In this document: positions 25,301-32,612 of the stretch, one piece after another
Numbering within the stretch: the first letter of the stretch is position 1
How the letters are laid out: each line of letters begins with the position of its first letter
NCBI GenBank assembly: GCA_964639325.1
Contig: CAZXDO010000024.1
Span: 1 to 43,647, forward strand
Source of the DNA: an uncultured Candidatus Saccharibacteria bacterium
GTDB lineage: Bacteria > Patescibacteriota > Minisyncoccia > UBA6257 > GWB1-50-10
Direction of reading: 5' to 3'
DNA: 43,647 nucleotides
Program-made: the position numbers and the translations under genes
Notes under the pieces: generated by a model
What the model saw: the letters and a program-made list of their open reading frames with translations, nothing else
Database searches by the model: none
Told to the model about the DNA's origin: nothing

Positions 25301-26757
25301 CTATCCACCAAAAAAATTTCAAATACCGGGAGGAGATAAAAAAAGGCTACACCGTAACCATCTCCCGCTACAACAACATTGAAAAGTTCATCAACGCCTT
25401 CAGTAAGCATTTCGTAGGCGAAAAGAAAAAAACATCCAAAAAAATCTTAAAAAAACATCCTATTATAAATAAAAAAATAAAAACCTGGTCCGCCAGAGGC
25501 AGTTTTGATACAATCCCTGTTTCCCTGGTCTTAAATGAAATCCGGGAGGTTGTAAAAACAAAAGCAGGTTCCTTTCGAAGTTTTTCAAATGAAACCGGCA
25601 TTTCCTGGCGCCTCTTTATGAAAGATAAAAAGAAAAAAGGATATCTAAGGGAAACTATCAACGAAATAGCGGAAAAAACCAGAAACGAAAATCTCTATAA
25701 TCACGCTCAATCAGACATCTATTGGGACAAAGTAGCAAAAATAGAATACGCAGGAGTCGAAGACACCTATGATCTTACTATCCCTAAAACCCACAACTTT
25801 GTAGCCAACGATATAATTTCCCACAACTCCCATGCCGCTTCCTACGCTACTATTGCCTACCAAACCGCTTACCTCAAAGCCCGCTACCCAATTGAGTTTA
25901 CCACTGCCCTCCTAAATGTTTCCGGTAATGATATTGAAAGAATAAGTTTTCTCATCGGTGAGTCGCGCCGCTTGGGCATTGAAGTTCTTCCTCCGGATAT
26001 AAACCAAAGCTATCGCAACTTTACCATAGACGAGGAAAATATCCGCTTTGGCCTTCTTGCCGTCAAAAACATCGGCGGAAATATTGCTGATGCAATAATA
26101 GCAAAAAGAAGAGAAGGAGGTCCCTACCAAAACATCTCTGACTTTCTTTCCCGCGTCCACCATCATGATTTAAACAAAAAATCACTAGAGAGTTTAATAA
26201 AATGCGGAGCCTTTGATAATTTTGAAAGCGACAGAGGAAAGCTCCTTGCCAATATAGAAGAAATGCTTAGATTTAAAGAAGCTGTCAGAAAAAAGATGGA
26301 TAGTAATCAAGGAGATCTTTTTGGTAAAAAATCATCAATTACTCTTAAACTTAAACCGGCTAGAGAAAAGGTTGATAAAAATAAAATTCTAGCTTGGGAA
26401 AAAGAACTTTTAGGTCTCTACCTTACCGACCACCCTTTTATTAAATACAAAAACAAACTTTCAAGCTGGGTAAAACCAATAGGAGAAATAACCCAAAATG
26501 GTGCCGGCGGAAGCAAGTATTATATAACGGCAGGACTTATTTCTTCCGTTAAAAAAATACTTACCAAAAACGGAAAACTTATGCTTTTTGTAAAACTTGA
26601 AGATGAAAAAGATTCTATCGAAATACTTGTTTTTAATAATACCTTTCAAGAAAACAGCAAAGTTTGGGAAGAAAATAAAATAGTCCTTGTAAAAGGAAAA
26701 TTATCAAGCCGAGATAACGACCCTAAACTTATCTGTAATCAAGTTAAGGAACTTTAA
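22324..26757 (+). CDS. dnaE: DNA polymerase III alpha subunit (DnaE) containing an intein
   Basis: PHP motif HLHVHSHYSMLDG, GPGRGSAAGS, PDIDIDF. The FARYGFNR / SHAASYA motif is split by 432 aa. Confidence 0.92.
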   Translation: MNKFTHLHVHSHYSMLDGLSKIEDIVKKTKEHGMKAVALTDHGNLYGAIEFYKKAKAENIKPIMGLEAYYAPESRKKKDKTSRNRYHLTLLAKNNTGWKNLLQLVTISNLEGFYYKPRIDDELLEKYHEGLICLSGCISGEIPSLVKKEKKEKAEKRAKWFKSLFGDDYYIELQKNYSELHEELKKLAKKIGSKVVATQDSHYINKEDKDAHEILLAVQTKNVIESDDRMSLKDFDLHFASTEEMTEYFKDTPEAIKTTEEIVDKCNVEIKLGENKIPKFETPNGETTQEYLTKLAKEGLSKRYEKVTPEIKDRLKAELEVIKKTGFADYFLIVQDFVQWAKKRDIVVGPGRGSAAGSLVSYSIGITNIDPLKYDLLFERFLNPERVQVPDIDIDFTDTRRDEVIAYVREKYGQKNVAQIITFGTMAARAAIRDTGRALGYSYGFCDRVAKLIPFQTNIKEALDSVDELKEMYETEEQVKKLIDSALKLEGVVRHASVHACGVVISPKPLPNYVPLQKAPQGEDAIITQFEMHSVEDLGILKMDFLGLKNLTIIEETLQSIKEQHNKEIDINKIPLDDRKTYRLLQKGLTVGVFQLEGQGMQRYLKKLLPSEFEDIIAMVSLYRPGPMELIPHYIKRKFGEENVTFLHPKLEPILSPTYGIGIYQEQMMRIARNLAGYSLGEADVLRKAIGKKIKSLLDKQKVKLIEGMIKNGIEEKTAKKIWDLFPPFARYGFNRCLTGDTKIYNPETGSLDEIKEIHRKGKGTVASIKENFKLAKYPATKTYYNGKKKVWKITTKSGREITATPNHPFYTESGWQNLENIKEGDRLAVPRTLPEPKKTKPVKKHKLALLGYLIAEGNLCHPHGFYFYSKEENEIKDYIKNLEKFKNTVGRIDRSKSAASVYSKRKNVKEKSEAVEWINSLSIKNKIAIEKKFPDFVFNLSNKDLSILISKMFQGDGCINNKRDPQIFYATSSKKLAKELQHLLLRFNILSTIHQKNFKYREEIKKGYTVTISRYNNIEKFINAFSKHFVGEKKKTSKKILKKHPIINKKIKTWSARGSFDTIPVSLVLNEIREVVKTKAGSFRSFSNETGISWRLFMKDKKKKGYLRETINEIAEKTRNENLYNHAQSDIYWDKVAKIEYAGVEDTYDLTIPKTHNFVANDIISHNSHAASYATIAYQTAYLKARYPIEFTTALLNVSGNDIERISFLIGESRRLGIEVLPPDINQSYRNFTIDEENIRFGLLAVKNIGGNIADAIIAKRREGGPYQNISDFLSRVHHHDLNKKSLESLIKCGAFDNFESDRGKLLANIEEMLRFKEAVRKKMDSNQGDLFGKKSSITLKLKPAREKVDKNKILAWEKELLGLYLTDHPFIKYKNKLSSWVKPIGEITQNGAGGSKYYITAGLISSVKKILTKNGKLMLFVKLEDEKDSIEILVFNNTFQENSKVWEENKIVLVKGKLSSRDNDPKLICNQVKEL
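24532..25827 (+). mobile_element. DnaE intein (432 aa) with a LAGLIDADG homing endonuclease domain
   Basis: Starts CLTGDTKIY. Block B is TATPNHPFY. LAGLIDADG motifs LALLGYLIAEGN and LISKMFQGDGCI. Ends THNFVANDIISHN, followed by +1 Ser. Confidence 0.9.
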
Positions 26758-26770
26758 CGAAATTAAAGTT

Positions 26771-26902
26771 CTAAATTTCAAGTTCCAAATTACAAATAAC
26801 AAATAAATCTCAAATTACAATAACCGAACTCTCAAAAGGTTTGGAATTTGGAATTTGAAGTTTGGAATTTATTTGAAATTTGGTGCTTGTTATTTGGTGC
26901 TT
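26771..26902 (+). repeat. Strand-asymmetric AT-rich repeat region in the dnaE-thrS spacer
   Basis: 26771-26837 is almost G-free (caaattacaa-type units). 26839-26900 is almost C-free (tttggaattt units). A tandem 14-bp repeat carries atttggtgctt at 26878-26888 and 26892-26902. Confidence 0.6.
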
Positions 26903-26955
26903 TTCCAACATCATTCACCTTGTTTCTTCAATAATTATTTGTAATAATATTCACA

Positions 26956-28743
26956 ATGTCTACAAATCAGAAAAAAATAGACCATATCCGCCATTCCTTG
27001 GCCCATCTTTTAGCTGCAGCAGTTCTTGAAAAATACCCGAGAACAAAGCTGGGAATAGGACCAACAATAGAAAATGGTTTCTATTATGATTTTCTTTTCC
27101 CTGAAGGAGTTTCTTTAAACGAGGAAAATCTCCAAGAATTGGGGGATAAAATAAAAGAATACATTAAAGAAGGCCTTCCTTTTTCAGGAGAAAAAATATC
27201 TGAAGAAGAAGCTAAAAAACTTTTTTCCAACCAACCTTTTAAGTTGGATCTAATAGAAGAATATATCTCGGAAGGAAGTGAGCTTTCTATCTATAAAACC
27301 GGAGAAATCTTTACAGACCTTTGCCGTGGCGGACATGTTGAAAACACTAAAGAAATAAATCCCGACGCTTTTAAATTGATAAATATAGCCGGTGCGTATT
27401 GGCGAGGCGATGAATCAAACCAAATGCTCACCCGCATTTACGGTCTGGCTTTTGAATCAAAAAAAGGACTTGATGAGTATCTTGTTTCGTTAGAAGAAGC
27501 GGAAAAAAGAGACCACCGAAAAATAGGGCGGGATCTTGAACTTTTTATGATAGATGAAAACATCGGCCAAGGCCTTGTTCTTTGGCTGCCTAAGGGAGCC
27601 AAAATGAGAAAAATAATAGAAGATTATTTATATGAAGAACTGGCCGGGGCTGACTACCAATGGCTCTACACTCCTCACATTGCAAACCGAAAACTTTGGG
27701 AAATATCAGGCCATTGGAATTTCTATAATGAAAGTATGTATCCCCCTATAGAAATAGGCCGCAGCTTGGAAGATGTCCAAAAGAATGTAGAAGGAAAAAC
27801 AAAAGAAGAATATCTTTTGAAACCAATGAACTGTCCTTTTCATATTCAAGTTTATAATTCAAAAATAAGAAGTTACAACGATTTACCCATAAAATACGCT
27901 GAGTTGGGAACGGTATACCGCTATGAAAGATCCGGCACTCTCCACGGCCTTACCCGAGTCCGCGGCTTTACCCAAGATGATGCCCATATCTTCTGCCACC
28001 CCGAACAAATGCCTGAAGAGCTTTCCAAGCTGGTAAGCCACGGCTTAAAGATGTTAAAAGATTTTGGTTTCTCTGACTTTAATATTTATCTTTCAACCAA
28101 ACCTGAAAAATACGCCGGCAAAGATAAGGATTGGGAAACTGCCACCAAAGAATTAGAAAATGTTTTAAAAGAACAAAACATAGAATACAAAATTGACGAG
28201 GGTGGAGGTGTTTTCTACGGACCTAAAATAGATATAAAAATAAAAGATTCTCTAGGAAGAGAATGGCAGTGTACTACCATCCAATTTGATTTTAATCTTC
28301 CTGAAAGATTTAATATAAACTTTATAAACAAGCATGGTGAAAAAGAAAGACCCTTTATGATCCACCGCGCTCTTCTTGGTTCAATGGAGAGATTTTTTGG
28401 CGTTCTCATAGAACACTATGCCGGCGACTTCCCTGCCTGGCTTGCTCCCACACAAACCCTTATCCTTCCTGTCAGCGAAGAATACAAAGAATACGGTAAA
28501 GAAATAAAGGAAACCTTAAAGAATAAAAATATAAGAGCTGAGTTAGATGAATCCGATGAAACTCTCGGTAAAAAAATAAGAAATGCTGAAATCCAAAAAA
28601 TCCCTTATATCCTCGTAGTTGGAAAGAAAGAAAAAGAAAGTAATACTGTCAACGTAAGAAAAAGACACGAAAAAGAAAGTAAGAGTTTAGAATTAGAAAA
28701 ATTTATAGAAAATATCTCTAAAGAAATTAAAAATAAAAATTAG
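26956..28743 (+). CDS. thrS: Threonyl-tRNA synthetase (no N-terminal TGS domain)
   Basis: Starts at the editing-domain HxxxH (HIRHSLAHLL). Class II core FRYERSGTLHGLTRVRGFTQDDAHIF. Confidence 0.9.
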   Translation: MSTNQKKIDHIRHSLAHLLAAAVLEKYPRTKLGIGPTIENGFYYDFLFPEGVSLNEENLQELGDKIKEYIKEGLPFSGEKISEEEAKKLFSNQPFKLDLIEEYISEGSELSIYKTGEIFTDLCRGGHVENTKEINPDAFKLINIAGAYWRGDESNQMLTRIYGLAFESKKGLDEYLVSLEEAEKRDHRKIGRDLELFMIDENIGQGLVLWLPKGAKMRKIIEDYLYEELAGADYQWLYTPHIANRKLWEISGHWNFYNESMYPPIEIGRSLEDVQKNVEGKTKEEYLLKPMNCPFHIQVYNSKIRSYNDLPIKYAELGTVYRYERSGTLHGLTRVRGFTQDDAHIFCHPEQMPEELSKLVSHGLKMLKDFGFSDFNIYLSTKPEKYAGKDKDWETATKELENVLKEQNIEYKIDEGGGVFYGPKIDIKIKDSLGREWQCTTIQFDFNLPERFNINFINKHGEKERPFMIHRALLGSMERFFGVLIEHYAGDFPAWLAPTQTLILPVSEEYKEYGKEIKETLKNKNIRAELDESDETLGKKIRNAEIQKIPYILVVGKKEKESNTVNVRKRHEKESKSLELEKFIENISKEIKNKN

Positions 28744-28764
28744 CTGAATTCTTATACATCAAAA

Positions 28765-28800
28765 ATCAACAGCCGGAAAATTTCCCGGCTGTTGATTTTA
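28765..28800 (+). terminator. Intrinsic terminator of thrS
   Basis: atcaacagccgg-aaaatttc-ccggctgttgat forms a 12-bp stem, followed by ttta. Confidence 0.6.
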
Positions 28801-28829
28801 TCTATCTCCTATACAATAATCTTTTTAAA

Positions 28830-29753
28830 ATGACTAAAAAATACAAAATATTAGTTATTGTTGGACCTACCGCTTCAGGAAAAAGCGACTTGGCAGTTAA
28901 AATAGCCAAAGAATTCAATGGGGAAATAATTTCAGCCGATTCCCGTCAAGTGTACAAAGGGATGGATATCGGCACGGCCAAAGTTCCTCTTATTAAAAAA
29001 GACGATAAACTTTACTACAAAAATATTCGCCACCACCTTATTGACATCGTGAAACCCAATAAACAATTTACGGTCCGGCAATACAAATCCTTAGGACAAA
29101 AAGCTATTAAAGATATAGTAAAAAGAAAAAAACTTCCCATAATTGCCGGCGGAACCGGTTTCTATATTGACACCTTAATTTACAATCTCCAAATACCAGA
29201 AATTCCACCCCAAGAAGAACTGAGAGAAAAATTGTATAAAAAAAGCACCCAAGAACTATACAAAGAACTTGAAAAACTAGATCTCGAGAGAGCTAAAGAC
29301 ATAAATAAAAACAATAAACAAAAAATAATCCGAGCTTTGGAAATAATAAAAACCACAGGAAAAACAATTCCGAAAATAATAAAACCGGATTCCCCTTATA
29401 ACCCTCTCTTTATCGGACTCAAATGTGAAAGAGACAAGTTAAAAGAAAAAATAAAAAATCGTTTGGAAAAAAGGCTAAAGAACAACAATCTTGTAAAAGA
29501 AATTAAAAATCTTCATGAAAGTAGAATTTCTTGGAAACGTCTGGAATCATTTGGGCTCGAGTATCGCTATGTCGCCCAATATCTTCAAAATAAAATTTCT
29601 GGAGAAGAAATGAAGGAAAAAATAATAAACGAAAGCTATAAATATGCCAAACGCCAGATGACTTGGTTCAAAAGAAACAAAAAAATTTACTGGTTTAACC
29701 AAGAAAACAAAGATGAAACCTTTACTTTAATTCAAAACTTTTTAAAAAAGTAA
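28830..29753 (+). CDS. miaA: tRNA dimethylallyltransferase
   Basis: P-loop GPTASGKS, DSRQVYKGMDIGTAK. Confidence 0.88.
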   Translation: MTKKYKILVIVGPTASGKSDLAVKIAKEFNGEIISADSRQVYKGMDIGTAKVPLIKKDDKLYYKNIRHHLIDIVKPNKQFTVRQYKSLGQKAIKDIVKRKKLPIIAGGTGFYIDTLIYNLQIPEIPPQEELREKLYKKSTQELYKELEKLDLERAKDINKNNKQKIIRALEIIKTTGKTIPKIIKPDSPYNPLFIGLKCERDKLKEKIKNRLEKRLKNNNLVKEIKNLHESRISWKRLESFGLEYRYVAQYLQNKISGEEMKEKIINESYKYAKRQMTWFKRNKKIYWFNQENKDETFTLIQNFLKK

Positions 29754-29780
29754 CTTGGGGGTGTCGGGAACCCCCAAGTT
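29752..29780. repeat. GC-rich palindromic repeat element, copy 3 (loop inverted)
   Basis: aacttggggg-tgtcgggaa-cccccaagtt. It overlaps the miaA TAA stop and lies between convergent miaA and gatB. Confidence 0.85.
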
Positions 29781-29805
29781 GATATGAATAAGTAAATTTA
29801 TTTAG

Positions 29806-31227
29806 TTATTTCCTTAAAGAATTTTTTAGGGCTTCTGCAGCTTTTTCGGGATCAGCCTGTCCCCTGCTTTTAGCCATTACTTGTCCTACCAAAAATTTTA
29901 AAACTTCCTCTTTTCCTTTTTTATAATCTAAAACTGCTTTTTCATTTACCAAAATAACTTCTTTAACAAAATTTTCCAACTCCCCGCCTTCGCCAATAAC
30001 ATCAAAGCCTCCTTCTTTTTTAATATCACTCGGATCTCTGCCTGTTTCAATCATTTTTAAAAGCATATTTTTAGCAAGCTTACTTGAAAGATCTCCACTT
30101 AAAGTCATATAAACAAATTCAGCAAAATTTTCCGGGGATATCTTTAAATCTTTAAACTTTATACCCTTATCACTCATTAAGCCCCTTAGTTCCCCAACAA
30201 AGTAGTTATAGAGAGATTTTACATTTGCCCCTTTATCAAAGGTCTTTAATTCTGAAACGGCTTCTTCAAAATATTCCGATTCTTCTCTTCGGCTGATTAA
30301 AATCTCCACCTCCTCTTTAGCAAGGTTAAATTGATTTACAAACCTTTTTCTCTTCTCTTCTGGAAGTTCGGGCAAATCAAGTTTAATTTTCTTCAAGTCC
30401 CAATCTTTAAGATCTAAAGGAGGCAGGTCCGGCTCAGGAAAATAACGATAATCATGAGACTCCTCCTTACTTCTTTGAGAAAAAGTTTTTTGTTTTTTTT
30501 CGTCCCAACCTCTCGTTTCCTGCTCTATTTTTTTGCTTTCCAAAAGCATTTCTTTTTGTCTTTCTGTTTCATATTTAATTGCCGAAAACACAGCCCTAAA
30601 AGAATTAATATTTTTTAACTCTACTTTTGTTCCCATATCAAGACTTATATTTGCCTCTACTCTCATTTCCCCCTTTTCCATATCTGCGTTTGAAATTCCA
30701 ATATACCGTAAAATAAGCTGAAGTTCTTTAGCAAATTCTACTGTTTCCTCAGCGCTTCTAATATCAGGTTCAGTAACTAACTCCATAAGCGGAGTGCCTG
30801 CTCGGTTATAGTCAACCAAACTGGAATCTTCTTTCGAATGAACCAAGCTTCCGGCGTCTTCTTCCAAATGAATTCTAGTTATTCTCACGCCCTTAAGGTT
30901 ACCTCCTGAAACAAGAGGTCTGTCATATTGAGAAGTTTGAAAACCTTTAGGAAGATCGGGGTAAAAATAACTTTTGCGGTCAAAATTTGTTTCTTTTGCT
31001 ATTTCCCCTCCTATGGCAATTCCGCACATTATCACCTTTCTAACCGCTTCTTTGTTTATGACCGGCAAAGTTCCGGGATGAGCTAAACAAATTGGACAAA
31101 CATTTACATTAGGATGTTTTTCGTTTGAGTCGTTGCGGCAAGGACAAAACATTTTAGTTTCTGTATCTAATCTTACGTGTATTTCAAGTCCTATAGTTGG
31201 TTGATATTCTTTAGGCATATAATTCAT
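29806..31227 (-). CDS. gatB: Asp/Glu-tRNA amidotransferase subunit B
   Basis: IGLEIHVRL, CPCRND..CPICLAHPGTLP, and a C-terminal YqeY-like tail. Confidence 0.9.
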   Translation of the reverse strand: MNYMPKEYQPTIGLEIHVRLDTETKMFCPCRNDSNEKHPNVNVCPICLAHPGTLPVINKEAVRKVIMCGIAIGGEIAKETNFDRKSYFYPDLPKGFQTSQYDRPLVSGGNLKGVRITRIHLEEDAGSLVHSKEDSSLVDYNRAGTPLMELVTEPDIRSAEETVEFAKELQLILRYIGISNADMEKGEMRVEANISLDMGTKVELKNINSFRAVFSAIKYETERQKEMLLESKKIEQETRGWDEKKQKTFSQRSKEESHDYRYFPEPDLPPLDLKDWDLKKIKLDLPELPEEKRKRFVNQFNLAKEEVEILISRREESEYFEEAVSELKTFDKGANVKSLYNYFVGELRGLMSDKGIKFKDLKISPENFAEFVYMTLSGDLSSKLAKNMLLKMIETGRDPSDIKKEGGFDVIGEGGELENFVKEVILVNEKAVLDYKKGKEEVLKFLVGQVMAKSRGQADPEKAAEALKNSLRK

Positions 31228-31300
31228 TATACATAATTTCCAAAAATGAAAAATAAAAGAAGAGATAAATATTTTTTATAGTTATTAAAAAATAAGAAAT

Positions 31301-31321
31301 TCGGGGTGTTAAACACCCCGA
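31301..31321 (-). terminator. Intrinsic terminator after rplK
   Basis: tcggggtgt-tta-acaccccga, followed on the minus strand by a U-rich tract. Confidence 0.6.
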
Positions 31322-31363
31322 TATTAGTAAATTAATACAAACAATTCCTTCCCAAAAATATAG

Positions 31364-31789
31364 TTATTCCTCAACGGAAATACCCATATTTTTAGCCGTG
31401 CCTTCAATAATTTTCATTGCTGCCTCTATATCATTAGCGTTTAAATCTTCCATTTTTCTCTCAGCAATTTTTCTTAAATCTTCTTTTGTTATTGTAGCTA
31501 CTTTTTTCTTTCGAGAGTCCCCGGAACCCTTTTCAATTCCAGCTGCTTTCTTTAATAAATAAGAAGCCGGAGGAGTCATCAATCTCATATCAAAACTCCT
31601 ATCTTCGTATATAGTTACCTCTACGGGGATAAGCTCACCGCCCATATCTTTAGTTTCTTCATTAAACTGGCTTACAAAACCACCTATATTAACACCATGC
31701 TGACCCAAGGCCGGTCCTGTAGGAGGAGCCGGTGTAGCCTGACCGGCCGGAATCTGAAGTTTTAATACTGCTTTAATTTTTTTTGCCAT
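31364..31789 (-). CDS. rplK: 50S ribosomal protein L11 (start at ATG 31789)
   Basis: [35 protein letters not shown]. Confidence 0.92.
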   Translation of the reverse strand: MAKKIKAVLKLQIPAGQATPAPPTGPALGQHGVNIGGFVSQFNEETKDMGGELIPVEVTIYEDRSFDMRLMTPPASYLLKKAAGIEKGSGDSRKKKVATITKEDLRKIAERKMEDLNANDIEAAMKIIEGTAKNMGISVEE

Positions 31790-31799
31790 ATTTTTTAAA

Positions 31800-32375
31800 T
31801 TATATTTTTTTAACTTGAAGAGTATCAAGCTCAACGGTCGTATCTCGACCAAATATTGGTACAACAACCTTCACCTTCCCTCTCTCCTCATCAACCTCAG
31901 CCACTTTACCATCATAATCCTTAAAGGGACCATCAATGATTCTAACAGTTTCATTCTTCTTAAAATCAACTTTGTGAGTAGGTTCTTTTTCCCCCATTCT
32001 TTGCATAATATCATCAACCTCTTCCTTATAAAGAGGTGTTGGATTGGTTGGATCAGAACCTACAAAACCGGTGACTCGGGGAGTATTTCTAACCATATAC
32101 CAAGAATCTTGATCAAGAATCATGTCTACCAAAACATAACCCTGGTATATTTTTTCTTTAACAACATAACGCTTTCCTCCTCTTACTTTTATCTTCGCTT
32201 CTTTGGGAACAATAACATTAAAAATTTTATCATTCATATCTAAAGAGTTAACCCTTTGATTAAGGTAACGGGCTACCGCATCCTCGTAACCGGAATAAGT
32301 GTGTACGGCATACCAATGTCTTTCTTTTCCCTCTCCGGAATCATCTAAAATTGTTTGTTTATTGTTTTCTGACAT
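31800..32375 (-). CDS. nusG: Transcription antitermination factor NusG
   Basis: [14 protein letters not shown] domain and the KOW segment [15 protein letters not shown]. Confidence 0.9.
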   Translation of the reverse strand: MSENNKQTILDDSGEGKERHWYAVHTYSGYEDAVARYLNQRVNSLDMNDKIFNVIVPKEAKIKVRGGKRYVVKEKIYQGYVLVDMILDQDSWYMVRNTPRVTGFVGSDPTNPTPLYKEEVDDIMQRMGEKEPTHKVDFKKNETVRIIDGPFKDYDGKVAEVDEERGKVKVVVPIFGRDTTVELDTLQVKKI

Positions 32376-32379
32376 TTTA

Positions 32380-32562
32380 TTAAATAACTAACTTCAAAAC
32401 ACTTGTAAAAATATAATCAAGCAAACCCAAATAAAGAGCTACTGCTACCGAAATACCAATTACAAAAAGAGTGTAACGAACAGTCTCTTTTCTGGTCGGC
32501 CAGTTAACCCGTTTTAACTCCTGATGAGCTTCCTTTAAAAATTTTCCAATTTTGTTAAACAT
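32380..32562 (-). CDS. secE: Preprotein translocase subunit SecE
   Basis: ELKRVNWPTRKE followed by a single TM helix, in the conserved secE-nusG-rplK order. Confidence 0.85.
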   Translation of the reverse strand: MFNKIGKFLKEAHQELKRVNWPTRKETVRYTLFVIGISVAVALYLGLLDYIFTSVLKLVI

Positions 32563-32612
32563 TTTAATCAATAGAATACTAAATAAAACACCCTTATGTC
32601 AAACCCTGCTAT

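Noticed and set aside
26771-26955. T-box riboswitch upstream of thrS.
   Set aside because: I could not find the conserved T-box sequence (UGGNACC context), the AG bulge, a GNUGGNA-type distal loop, or a specifier/terminator-antiterminator pair. Only AT-rich repeats are present.
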